Below are positions 9,685-18,449 of a stretch of 64,000 bases of DNA, in pieces. Both the position numbers and the translations under genes were made by a program. This DNA is from Parcubacteria group bacterium GW2011_GWA2_47_21. Lineage in GTDB: Bacteria; Patescibacteriota; Minisyncoccia; Phycocordibacterales; DSPV01. Under the pieces are notes generated by a model, which saw only the letters and a list, made by a program, of their open reading frames with translations, was not told the DNA's origin and searched no databases. Positions within the stretch are counted from its first letter, which is position 1, and each line of letters starts with the position of its first letter. Location: assembly GCA_001000545.1 (NCBI GenBank), contig LCOC01000005.1:10013-74012 (forward strand). Reading direction: 5' to 3'.

Positions 9685-10895
9685 TAACCCTTCTAACATT
9701 CATACACAACCTGAAGTCGCTTTGGGATGCGGCGTTTGAAGCTTGGTACGCTATCTTACTCACCGCTGTATTGGCGGCTGGAGTAATTTGGTGGCTTATC
9801 AAGTTCAAGCCATATAAGAAGGTGTGGACATGGATGCTTGCGGCGCTGAACTGGCCGGGGAAAATATTCGGATGGATGCTTGATAAGGTAGATAAAATGC
9901 TAAAGAAGTTGTTTTCTAAAACCACTTCGGCGCCGTTCAGCACTCGTTCAAGAATAATCGCGGCAATTGCCACCGGTATAGCTATCACCGGTATTGGATT
10001 AGCGGTCATACTAGGGACAGCCGGCGCCGGATTACCGTTACAGATGCCGAAAATCAGACAGGATGTACTGTGGGCAATCGGGGTTGTGTTTGTTTTGACA
10101 GTCATTGGCGGGTATTTCTTCTTCAAATGGCTCGTCGGTAAAGCAAAGTACAAACCAATCAGCACAGCGGCCGGCGGGAAAAAACCGTGGGATATCAAAA
10201 AGTTGAAGGATTCTCCGGTCGCCGGCACTTTGTTGGCACTGGCTGGGGTGGCTTTCATTTACTTCTTGACCAGCCAAATCTGGCCGAACTTCTGGGAAAA
10301 ATGGAGTGGTTCAGCTGGGTTTTGGTGGATACCGGTTGGCATTGCGGCGGGCTTCCTCCTTTACAACATTAAGGCGGGGTACGCGGCTACAGTTGCCGGT
10401 ATTGTCATTACCTTAATGTCCTTGGCCGTCATGGCAACCGCTCTATCCTCGTGCGTCGGGGTGTATAAGGAAAAGAAAACGGCGAAAATTGAAGCCGAAA
10501 GAAAGAAAAAGGAGGAAACAAAGCAATTGACGCTAGCAGAAGCGAGAAAAGACCCGACTAAGAGGGATTGGGAGTTGACATGGGAAAAAACGGATAATGT
10601 CGCGGGATACAATCCCCACCAGCGAAGCGGGACGTTCCAAGCAAAAGTAGTTCGGTTTGATGACAATGTCCTGGACATCCACGTCTATTACTCCCACGAA
10701 GGAAGGCGGTGGATATGCCGGATGAAAGGAGAAAAGCTGGGGCCGAAAACCTACGGCGGAACCTGGGAGCAGGACCCGCCGAAGTTACAAGGCCACTGGT
10801 CACTCACAAAAGTGGACGAAGACACCTTTATGGGTTGGCATACCAGTGAACGAAAAGAGAAGTATGTCCCCATGTGGCTCAAAGCCAAAAATTGA
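9681..10895 (+). CDS. Polytopic membrane protein with ~110-aa C-terminal soluble domain; translationally coupled partner of SPFH gene (ATGA overlap)
   Basis: Multiple hydrophobic helices over first ~260 aa, lysine-rich linker, then WELTWEKTDNVAGYNPHQ...DIHVYYSHEGRRWICRMKGEKLGPKTYGGTWEQ domain with no motif I recognise; start overlaps stop of upstream gene. Confidence 0.5.
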   Translation: MITLLTFIHNLKSLWDAAFEAWYAILLTAVLAAGVIWWLIKFKPYKKVWTWMLAALNWPGKIFGWMLDKVDKMLKKLFSKTTSAPFSTRSRIIAAIATGIAITGIGLAVILGTAGAGLPLQMPKIRQDVLWAIGVVFVLTVIGGYFFFKWLVGKAKYKPISTAAGGKKPWDIKKLKDSPVAGTLLALAGVAFIYFLTSQIWPNFWEKWSGSAGFWWIPVGIAAGFLLYNIKAGYAATVAGIVITLMSLAVMATALSSCVGVYKEKKTAKIEAERKKKEETKQLTLAEARKDPTKRDWELTWEKTDNVAGYNPHQRSGTFQAKVVRFDDNVLDIHVYYSHEGRRWICRMKGEKLGPKTYGGTWEQDPPKLQGHWSLTKVDEDTFMGWHTSERKEKYVPMWLKAKN

Positions 10896-10930
10896 AAAAA
10901 AGAAAAGGGATGTTCTTTAAGGATTCACAA

Positions 10931-10958
10931 AAGCGGGAAATGACTTCCCGCTTTTTTT
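10931..10958 (+). terminator. Rho-independent terminator after SPFH operon
   Basis: AAGCGGGAA-atgac-TTCCCGCTT followed by TTTTTTT. Confidence 0.75.
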
Positions 10959-11060
10959 ATGTTGCGCGCCCACCCCCCCCGCAACTTGCCGCGTGGGTAA
11001 GTTTTTTTATTCTCAATACGATGATAAGATAAAGAAAATTAAAAATAACTTATCCTCAAA

Positions 11061-12551
11061 GTGAAAATCGTGCTTTATGTCGTTGTTTTTATCGGGGGCG
11101 CGGTCGTTATGGTTTTAGAGTTGGTGGCGACCCGTATTATCGCGCCCTATCTCGGCGCGTCATCAATCGTCTGGACGAGTTTAATCGGCGTCATTCTGGC
11201 GGGCCTAAGCGTCGGCTACTTTGTAGGCGGAAAAATCGCCGATAAGAAAGCGACTTACAAAGGACTCGCGCTTATTTTCATAATTGCCGGACTTTTGGTG
11301 ATTCTCATTCTCTACTTCAAGCCCATACTCGGCTTAATCGCAAAAATAGAAAACCTGCAAGCCGGAGCATTGCTCGCCTCTTTAATCCTCTTTACGCCGG
11401 CGACAATCGCTTTGGGCACCATTGCTCCTTACGCCGTCCGTCTCCGGATTGAGTCGCTCCAAAATTCCGGAAATATCGTAGGGAAACTCTACGCTCTTTC
11501 AACGGTCGGAAGCATTGTCGGCACCTTCCTCGGCGGGTTTTTCCTTATCTCGTATTTCGGGAGCACTAAAATTCTAGAATACTTAAGCGCCACTCTGATT
11601 TTATCCGGGGTCTTCGTATATGTGGCAGATACCAGAAAATCAACCGGCTTAATTGCCCTGCCTTTGCTCCCCATAATACTGACAGCAATCATTCCCCCTT
11701 ATGGCTTAATCCTGGAAAAAAACGCCGAACTTCTCACCGATGTGGACAGCGAATACAGCCGGCTTTGGGTCTACGACAGCAGAGATAAAAAAACCAATCG
11801 GCCCGCCCGCTACCTTACGACAAGCGTTGAACTCACCCAATCGGGCATGTATCTCGATAACCCCGAAGAACTCCTCTTGGATTATGCCAAACTGCTTGAC
11901 CTGGCGGAAATGTTCAACCCGAAACTTAACCGCGGGCTTTTAATCGGCGCCGGGGCGTATTCATACCCAAAATACTTTTTGAAAAAGTATCCGGAAGCCA
12001 CCCTGGACGCGGTAGAAATAGATGAAAAAATGACAATGTTAGCCAGACAATATTTCTTTCTGAAAGATAACCCGCGGCTTGCCATATACCACCAAGACGG
12101 GAGGACATTTTTAAGTCGAATTGATAATAAATACGACGCGATTTTCATTGATGCTTTCCTCTCGCCTCTTTCCATTCCCTATCACCTTACAACGGTTGAA
12201 ATTATAAAAATGGCAGAGAGCAAGCTCGCCACAGAGGGAGTGGTGATTGTAAATATCATCGGCGCGCTTCAAGGCCACCGAAGCGATTTTTTCACAGCGG
12301 AATACGGCACTTACAAAACAGTGTTTCCTAATGTATACGTTTTTCGCGCGCAACCGGAGCGAAAACCCGATGAATTGCAAAACATTATTCTCGTGGCCGC
12401 AAAATCAAATAACACGCTCGTTATTGACAATAAGCTTAGGAAAAGCGATTACTTAAAAAATTGGTGGCCAGAAAAAGTAACGACAAATTTGCCCATCTTA
12501 ACCGACGACTTCGCTCCGGTAGAAAAATATGTGACAAAATCAATGTTCTGA
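11061..12551 (+). CDS. Fused polytopic membrane domain + spermidine-synthase-like (polyamine aminopropyltransferase fold) protein
   Basis: N-terminal ~8 predicted TM helices (LVATRIIAPYLGASSIVWTSLIGVILAGLSVGYFVGGKIADK) followed by class I MTase-like/spermidine synthase core (GLLIGAGAYSYPKYF...AVEIDEKM...DAIFIDAF); apparent GTG start. Confidence 0.65.
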   Translation: MKIVLYVVVFIGGAVVMVLELVATRIIAPYLGASSIVWTSLIGVILAGLSVGYFVGGKIADKKATYKGLALIFIIAGLLVILILYFKPILGLIAKIENLQAGALLASLILFTPATIALGTIAPYAVRLRIESLQNSGNIVGKLYALSTVGSIVGTFLGGFFLISYFGSTKILEYLSATLILSGVFVYVADTRKSTGLIALPLLPIILTAIIPPYGLILEKNAELLTDVDSEYSRLWVYDSRDKKTNRPARYLTTSVELTQSGMYLDNPEELLLDYAKLLDLAEMFNPKLNRGLLIGAGAYSYPKYFLKKYPEATLDAVEIDEKMTMLARQYFFLKDNPRLAIYHQDGRTFLSRIDNKYDAIFIDAFLSPLSIPYHLTTVEIIKMAESKLATEGVVIVNIIGALQGHRSDFFTAEYGTYKTVFPNVYVFRAQPERKPDELQNIILVAAKSNNTLVIDNKLRKSDYLKNWWPEKVTTNLPILTDDFAPVEKYVTKSMF

Positions 12552-12620
12552 AAGACGGATACGAGAGATTTTTAATTCCCGAGTGATTTAACGGTTTCCC
12601 CCATCAAATTCATAATCCCG
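12462..12620 (+). repeat. Direct repeat copy A (~158 bp): intact 3' end of the membrane/spermidine-synthase-like gene plus downstream junction
   Basis: TGGTGGCCAGAAAAAGTAACGACAAATTTGCCCATCTTAACCGACGACTTCGCTCCGGTAGAAAAATATGTGACAAAATCAATGTTCTGAAAGACGGATACGAGAGATTTTTAATTCCCGAGTGATTTAACGGTTTCCCCCATCAAATTCATAATCCC; recurs at 13924-13992 and 14782-14939. Confidence 0.9.
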
Positions 12621-12782
12621 AAAGGCTTTGTTGAATAATTCATTTTATGGCTCTAAATAAGAGCATTTTGGGCAGTCAAAAAATGGGGCAAAATAGAGAT
12701 ACGGCTTAAAATAAGGATATTTTGGTTGAATTATTCAACAACGCCATCCCGAAAACCGAAAACATTATCTTGCCGTAAAAAA

Positions 12783-13835
12783 TTACAAAAAATAATTCGC
12801 CTGTGAAAAATCGTGTTGTTCCAAAAATAATTTTTTTGCCAGCGAGGCGTTTTGCAGTTCATAAAACAAAATCATGGCTTTTTTGTATTCCGTCTCGCCA
12901 GCGCTCCGCAAAGAAAGCGGACAGGTATTGGCCGCCAAAAGACAAGCATTCGCCAAGAGCCGCGCCGTCCTTTTATTGCCATCTTCAAACGGCTGAATAT
13001 AAGAAATGACGATAAGAGCAATCAGCGCTTTGTTCCAGGGATCGCCTGCCTCGTTTATTTTTTCAAGCCCAAGCTCCAACGCTTCTTTAATTTGGTATTT
13101 ATTGTCCAAAGGCCGATAATTCGTGCCGGTAATGCCAACCGGTTTGCCCCGTAAACCAAAATTCACATTCAAACCATCAACCAAAAACCGATGAATGTCC
13201 TCCGTATCGCGCAAAGAAACCGTCTCAAATTTTTGCTTATTGCCAAAAATATAATCAAGGGCTTTCTTATGATTAAGAATCATTACCGCCTCTTCCTTCG
13301 GATGCCCCGCGGCCTCTCTGTTTTCCTTAATCAAGGTCTCGGTGTCCAAAAGAGTGTAAGTGTTGCCCTCAATTTTTGAGGACTTCCATGAAAACTCTAT
13401 GGTAATTCTCTCAAATTCCTTTTTTAAAATATCGGGCGGTAAACCAGCGATTCTTTTTTTATAATCGCCGTCTTTCGTTTTTAACGCAGCCAATTCTTTT
13501 TGATTTATCAAACCGCCGAGTTTTTCCACTGCCGTTGTCTTAAACGAAATAGGCGCCGGCGCGCGTTGGTCCGGTTCTTGCGCCAGATAACTCTCAAAAT
13601 CCATCGGTTTCAGAAACGGATGCGGGGCAACCGCCCGGTAAGCCAAAGAGCGGCCTTTGCCAAACTTTTCCAAAACGCCAGCCGCCACCAAAACCGAAAA
13701 TTCTCTGGCGACGGTTTCTCGGGAAAATGGTTCATTTTGTTCGGCAAAAAAAGCCACCAAATCAGAATTTCTAACGGAAGCTCGGGTGGCGGCAAATTCA
13801 AGTATTTTTTGTTGTCTTTTAGTTAATTGTGTCAT
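12783..13835 (-). CDS. Fic/Doc family protein (AMPylator-type toxin-like) with N-terminal winged-helix region
   Basis: Fic motif HxFx(D/E)GNxR present as IQPFEDGNKRTARLLANA; 350 aa. Confidence 0.75.
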   Translation of the reverse strand: MTQLTKRQQKILEFAATRASVRNSDLVAFFAEQNEPFSRETVAREFSVLVAAGVLEKFGKGRSLAYRAVAPHPFLKPMDFESYLAQEPDQRAPAPISFKTTAVEKLGGLINQKELAALKTKDGDYKKRIAGLPPDILKKEFERITIEFSWKSSKIEGNTYTLLDTETLIKENREAAGHPKEEAVMILNHKKALDYIFGNKQKFETVSLRDTEDIHRFLVDGLNVNFGLRGKPVGITGTNYRPLDNKYQIKEALELGLEKINEAGDPWNKALIALIVISYIQPFEDGNKRTARLLANACLLAANTCPLSLRSAGETEYKKAMILFYELQNASLAKKLFLEQHDFSQANYFL

Positions 13836-13923
13836 AAATTAACAACTATTCGCGTCAAGATGGCACAATTATACTGCCGTGTCTGACATAGAAGCAAATT
13901 CCGCGCAGAAGAATTCCTGACGG

Positions 13924-13992
13924 AAAATTTGCCCATCTTAACCGACGACTTCGCTCCGGTAGAAAAATATGTGACAAAATCAATGTTCTGAA
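13924..13992 (+). repeat. Direct repeat copy B (68-bp core of the junction repeat)
   Basis: AAATTTGCCCATCTTAACCGACGACTTCGCTCCGGTAGAAAAATATGTGACAAAATCAATGTTCTGAA identical to the core of copy A. Confidence 0.9.
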
Positions 13993-14047
13993 GAACAGAT
14001 GCGGATAATAATGGGATATGTCCTTAAAATTTTTCGTATTTATACGG

Positions 14048-14389
14048 TTATTCTAAATATTCCTTAATACGAAGTGCCGCTGCCGGCACATTATTCTTCA
14101 GTGTGTACCAGATGGTCGGCAAGTCAATGCTGAAATAATCGTGCGCCACAACATCGCGAAGTCCTGCCATCTGTTTCCATGGAATATCAATAGATATTTT
14201 AATTGAATCAGGCACTTTCTTGGCAAGTTCTCCAACAACTTCCAGTTGCATAATAACGGCGCTCTGGCTTTTGCTATCCACAGAAAAATCTTCATACGAC
14301 ATGCCTTCGGTAAAAGCGCGAATTTTAGCAAAGGCGTCAAGCATCAGACGAAGATACGCCGTGTCATCCTTGTTTTTATCTGGTCCCAT
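14048..14389 (-). CDS. HepT-like (DUF86) toxin of HepT/MNT type II TA pair
   Basis: R-x4-H-x-Y motif as LRDVVAHDY; overlaps upstream MNT gene by 14 bp. Confidence 0.7.
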   Translation of the reverse strand: MGPDKNKDDTAYLRLMLDAFAKIRAFTEGMSYEDFSVDSKSQSAVIMQLEVVGELAKKVPDSIKISIDIPWKQMAGLRDVVAHDYFSIDLPTIWYTLKNNVPAAALRIKEYLE

Positions 14390-14675
14390 AAATAATTTTC
14401 AAATCACGATAAATATAATCGCGAAAATACGGCACGATGGCTTTGTCAGAAATCAAATCAACCGGTTTTTGCAATCGTTCTGATAATTCTTCTTTAAACC
14501 CGACAAAATCCCACACGGAAAACGGCCGGTCTCCCAGAGAAACAAGAATATCCACATCACTGTCAGGTCTCGCATCACCGCGAGCGTATGACCCGAAAAT
14601 TCCGGCATAGCGAACTTCATATTTCCCCAAAATTGGTCTTATCGTGTCACCAATGTTTTGTATTGTCCTAGTCAT
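14376..14675 (-). CDS. MNT-type minimal nucleotidyltransferase antitoxin
   Basis: GSxxRG...DxD signature IFGSYARGDARPDSDVDILV. Confidence 0.75.
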   Translation of the reverse strand: MTRTIQNIGDTIRPILGKYEVRYAGIFGSYARGDARPDSDVDILVSLGDRPFSVWDFVGFKEELSERLQKPVDLISDKAIVPYFRDYIYRDLKIIYGTR

Positions 14676-14781
14676 ACAAAGATAATATCACAAGGAATGC
14701 GTGTTTGACAAAAAAAATAATAGCCAAAATACATCACTTGCGCCTAGAGAGCATAGAGAAAGGTTAAACCGCCGCCTTTCC

Positions 14782-14939
14782 TGGTGGCCAGAAAAAGTAA
14801 CGACAAATTTGCCCATCTTAACCGACGACTTCGCTCCGGTAGAAAAATATGCGACAAAATCAATGTTCTGAAAGACGGATACGAGAGATTTTTAATTCCC
14901 GAGTGATTTAACGGTTTCTCCTATCAAGTTCATAATCCC
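14782..14939 (+). repeat. Direct repeat copy C (~158 bp, 4 mismatches vs copy A), abutting first pilin-like gene
   Basis: Same 158-bp sequence as 12462-12620 with GTG->GCG and three substitutions in the distal part; its minus strand encodes the C-terminal tail (IMNLIGETVKSLGN*) of ORF 14892-15083. Confidence 0.9.
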
Positions 14940-15083
14940 AAACGCCGAGAACATTATGAACATTCCGATGATACCGAAGATAATCGCTAATCCGCCCTCT
15001 TTCCTCTTCGCCGCGTCATCACCTTTGGCTACATAACGAAAGACCCCCCAAATAAATACCAGAAAAGCCAGTGACAGAAGCAA
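14892..15083 (-). CDS. VirB2/TrbC-like small membrane protein paralog, N-terminally truncated (possible gene fragment)
   Basis: Two hydrophobic helices around loop VFRYVAKGDDAAKRKEGG; lacks signal peptide and overlaps 3' end of next paralog by 65 nt. Confidence 0.35.
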   Translation of the reverse strand: MLLSLAFLVFIWGVFRYVAKGDDAAKRKEGGLAIIFGIIGMFIMFSAFGIMNLIGETVKSLGN

Positions 15084-15528
15084 AAGGATAATCGGATTTC
15101 AAAAGTGGAATATCGTCGCTCTGCATTGTGCTGGAGCTCCCTGGAGCATCGGCTCTCTGCAAACCAAAAGTATAAAATAAAAGTTGGACAAACCCCCACA
15201 CCCCGACTAAAACCAACAAACCTATCACCCCATACATCATAAATTTACTTCCCTCGCTGCGTTGTTCCTCATTATGACCAGCGAAAACATATCGCATAAC
15301 CCCCCATAGAAATACCAATAAGCCCGCCCCCACTAATAATGAGAAAAGAGGAGCAAGAACCCCCCACCATGTCTCGGAAAGTAACGCCTCAACATAATTG
15401 CCGGGAGGAGCGAAATCAACGCGACCGGCAAAAACAAATCTAGAAAGCACAAAACCGGCAACGGTGGCCGTTACAGCCGTCGTCACACACTTTCTGACAA
15501 AAAATCTATTGGGGTTACTTCGGCTCAT
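15019..15528 (-). CDS. VirB2/TrbC-like (T4SS pilin-like) small membrane protein paralog
   Basis: Signal-peptide-like N-terminus then helix-loop-helix core LVFLWGVMRYVFAGHNEEQRSEGSKFMMYGVIGLLVLVGVWGFVQLL. Confidence 0.5.
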   Translation of the reverse strand: MSRSNPNRFFVRKCVTTAVTATVAGFVLSRFVFAGRVDFAPPGNYVEALLSETWWGVLAPLFSLLVGAGLLVFLWGVMRYVFAGHNEEQRSEGSKFMMYGVIGLLVLVGVWGFVQLLFYTFGLQRADAPGSSSTMQSDDIPLLKSDYPFASVTGFSGIYLGGLSLCSQR

Positions 15529-15664
15529 TTAAATAGACAATTATAAACCGTAACAATATCCTGTAGCTTACATGAAAGAGTTTTGACGAACGAAAAGCAA
15601 TCTTTGTTCTGAAGACATCCTAAATTCCACCCTCAATAAATTTAAAAAAATTCACACCGCCTAT

Positions 15665-16240
15665 CTACGAACACCCGGGCGACTTACCAATCAGCGTGCA
15701 CTCTGCATCCGTAAGTGGCGCCAATCGCGGTCCCGGCAAGGCGCCTCCCAAACCAACGCCCAAAGTATAAGCAAGAATGTTTACTATACCCCACACCCCG
15801 ACCATCACGAATAGAGCGATAACCCCAAAAACCATAAAACTGGCGCCCGCCTTCCGTTTCTCGTCATTGCCGCCGGCGCTTATGTATTTTACGACGCCCC
15901 ATAAAAACACTACCAAACCGATGCTGATGGCCAGGGCTATAAACTGATTTACCCATGTCTTCAGTGTGGCTATCACATCCTCAAAGTAGGTAAAATCTGG
16001 AGTCCCCGCACTGACAACTAGCGGTAGAAAAACTGCACCGATCACTGCGGCGGTACAAATTACCAATGACATAACTTGATTCTGATATTTTTTACCAATT
16101 AACTTCATAAAAACGGGATTTAAATGTTGAAAATTAAAAACGCGCGACTTAAGAAAACTTAATCTAGTCAGCCGCAAGACGACCTTAAGCATAATAGCAC
16201 GCAAACCTATAGCATTGGCAAGTGCGCAGACCGTACTCAC
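15665..16240 (-). CDS. VirB2/TrbC-like small membrane protein paralog (true start probably internal Met, MKLIGKK...)
   Basis: Core LVVFLWGVVKYISAGGNDEKRKAGASFMVFGVIALFVMVGVWGIVNIL preceded by signal peptide MSLVICTAAVIGAVFLPLVVSAG. Confidence 0.5.
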   Translation of the reverse strand: MSTVCALANAIGLRAIMLKVVLRLTRLSFLKSRVFNFQHLNPVFMKLIGKKYQNQVMSLVICTAAVIGAVFLPLVVSAGTPDFTYFEDVIATLKTWVNQFIALAISIGLVVFLWGVVKYISAGGNDEKRKAGASFMVFGVIALFVMVGVWGIVNILAYTLGVGLGGALPGPRLAPLTDAECTLIGKSPGCS

Positions 16241-16335
16241 TACGGAACCCCGCCACCGAACTAACCGGCGGCGGGGTTGTAATTACGACAGAAACCGCCC
16301 AGCAAACAACACTGAAATGTCTGGAAAGAATCCTC

Positions 16336-16743
16336 CTATGGAACAGGAACGATTGGGACTCCTCCACCAGACCGTCCACCTGTAAAATCAGGATTAGGCA
16401 CACTACCGCCAAGACCAACATTTAAGGTGTAAGCAAGCAACCGGACAAGACCCCAAACACCTACTATCACAAACAAAGCAATAACCCCCCAAATCATTGT
16501 TCCGCGAGCCGCTTTCTTTTGCTCCTCGTCAGCGCCGGCAGTAATATACCGAATCACGCCCCACATAAAGACAACCAAAGCAACTCCTATAAGGAGAGGG
16601 ACAAGAGCTACCACCCAGTTAACTAGCGTTGACAGAGCACTATCAACATATCCACTTTGGACAGCGGCGGCCGCCGCAAACGACGGCAGAAGTAATACTG
16701 AGACAATCCCAACCAAACCAATTATTTTTGCTTTAAGAGACAT
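16336..16743 (-). CDS. VirB2/TrbC-like small membrane protein paralog
   Basis: Signal peptide MSLKAKIIGLVGIVSVLLLPSFAAA then core LVVFMWGVIRYITAGADEEQKKAARGTMIWGVIALFVIVGVWGLVRLL; Gly/Pro-rich C-tail. Confidence 0.55.
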   Translation of the reverse strand: MSLKAKIIGLVGIVSVLLLPSFAAAAAVQSGYVDSALSTLVNWVVALVPLLIGVALVVFMWGVIRYITAGADEEQKKAARGTMIWGVIALFVIVGVWGLVRLLAYTLNVGLGGSVPNPDFTGGRSGGGVPIVPVP

Positions 16744-17166
16744 ATAATAAATATATATTTATTATTCGCTTGTAAATTTTTATGTTTTCTTTAATTCTAA
16801 ATAAAGACCGAAGACCCATTAAAACAAAGAAAACTAACTGATTTTAGTGCTTGCGCATTAAAAACCTCGACCTTTAACACGCGGCACACCAAACATCATG
16901 CACGGGATAAGTGTACCCTTAAGCCCGAAACCTCGCAAGGTACCCCTGTGAATTACTTTTTCCTGTCTATGAGACATCGGCTAAAGATTTTAGCGTCTCA
17001 ATAATAAGATTCATTATGCCACAAACCCCCAAACATTATAAACATACCCATTATTTCGTAATTCAAAATCCGTAAATAATGGCTTGACTTTCCTATCCTC
17101 CTTTACATTGAGTTTTGTGTTAAATGCGTCCATATCGCAATATTTACTTTTTTAATACATGATTAA

Positions 17167-17538
17167 TTAACTGGGAATTTCCGGCACCTCCGGATAGCTC
17201 CGACCGGTTTCGCCCGTACTGATGCCGAGCGTGCCGGCAATCAAAGAGACCAATCCCCACACACCCGCCATTACGAATATAAATACCAATCCCCAGAGCA
17301 TAAACTTACCCGCTTCTTTCCGTTGTTCTTCATTGTCAGCGGCGCCAAGATATCTAACAATCTGCCAAATGAAAAAAATTAGAGCAAACCCAATTAGAAC
17401 GGCAACCAGCGGGTTAAGAACTTTGTATAATCCATCAAGAAATTTGGCGTAGTAGGAGAAATCTTGAGCCAATACAATAAGAGGTGCGTAGCCAGAAACC
17501 AGAATAAGCAGGAATTTCAGCTTATAACATTTTGGCAT
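17167..17538 (-). CDS. VirB2/TrbC-like small membrane protein paralog
   Basis: Core FFIWQIVRYLGAADNEEQRKEAGKFMLWGLVFIFVMAGVWGLVSLI after signal peptide. Confidence 0.5.
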   Translation of the reverse strand: MPKCYKLKFLLILVSGYAPLIVLAQDFSYYAKFLDGLYKVLNPLVAVLIGFALIFFIWQIVRYLGAADNEEQRKEAGKFMLWGLVFIFVMAGVWGLVSLIAGTLGISTGETGRSYPEVPEIPS

Positions 17539-17560
17539 AAATTATTAAAAACTTTATCGT

Positions 17561-17986
17561 CTAGAAAGTCGGCGCGGTCGGCTTCGTCGACGACGAAAGA
17601 TTGAGTGTTACACTCAACAGATTTATCAACCCCCAAATTGAAAACATCACAAAAATACCGATGATGCCGAAGATAATAAAGTTCCGCGCCTCCTCTACCT
17701 TCTTACTGTCCGCCCCGGCGGTAATATACTTGAGCACGCCCCAAAGAAAAACCAGAACGGCAAGACCAATAACAAAAGCCACAAGTTGATTTACCAAAAT
17801 CTTCAAATTAACGACGATACTACTTAAAGTCGCGGCAAACACTACGGCCGGTAAAGCTGTTGCAAATAATGTCGGCAAGGCAACACCGGCAAAAAGTTTT
17901 TGGAAGTTTGCGCGCCCTGTTAGAAACCATGATGGTTTGTAGCGTGTCTTTGCCTCTAATGGGGAAATTTTGGCGATGGGGTTCAT
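17561..17986 (-). CDS. VirB2/TrbC-like small membrane protein paralog
   Basis: Core LVFLWGVLKYITAGADSKKVEEARNFIIFGIIGIFVMFSIWGLINLL after signal peptide. Confidence 0.5.
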   Translation of the reverse strand: MNPIAKISPLEAKTRYKPSWFLTGRANFQKLFAGVALPTLFATALPAVVFAATLSSIVVNLKILVNQLVAFVIGLAVLVFLWGVLKYITAGADSKKVEEARNFIIFGIIGIFVMFSIWGLINLLSVTLNLSSSTKPTAPTF

Positions 17987-18007
17987 TACTTGTCTTTTTA
18001 TTTTGCA

Positions 18008-18433
18008 CTAACTTTGCTTTTTCAAAAAAGCATCCACCAGTTTAACATACTCAACATATTGGCCGAAACCGTTCCTAATGTGGGCAACCATCAATTTTTT
18101 ATTAACATCGCCGTATTGATGGACAATGGCGTTTCTCATTCCGACCGATGGCGCGATTTTTAACGCAAAGTCAATGGGCAACATTCCCGCCTCGGCAATG
18201 ATTGAAAAACTACTCTGATAATCGTCAGCGGTTTTCAGTCCACTTTCAGCTATCAAATGCATATTGATATCCACCGCCGCGTCAACCATACCCTGAAAGT
18301 GCCTTTCCAGCGCAGCGAGAACATCTTCGTCGCGAAGAAAATGTTCATCTCCTTTCTGGAACAATCTTTCAATTTTCTGATATCGCGACTGAATCTCATC
18401 CATCTTTCTTTTTATCACTTCCTTGTCAATCAT
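18008..18433 (-). CDS. HepT-like (DUF86) toxin, second HepT/MNT pair, embedded in pilin-like array
   Basis: R-x4-H-x-Y motif as MRNAIVHQY. Confidence 0.7.
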   Translation of the reverse strand: MIDKEVIKRKMDEIQSRYQKIERLFQKGDEHFLRDEDVLAALERHFQGMVDAAVDINMHLIAESGLKTADDYQSSFSIIAEAGMLPIDFALKIAPSVGMRNAIVHQYGDVNKKLMVAHIRNGFGQYVEYVKLVDAFLKKQS

Positions 18434-18449
18434 ATTTTCCTACTCAATT

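Noticed and set aside
12462-14939. Class 1-style integron cassette array
   Set aside because: No intI, no Pc/attI, and boundaries are long direct repeats of gene ends rather than attC imperfect palindromes.
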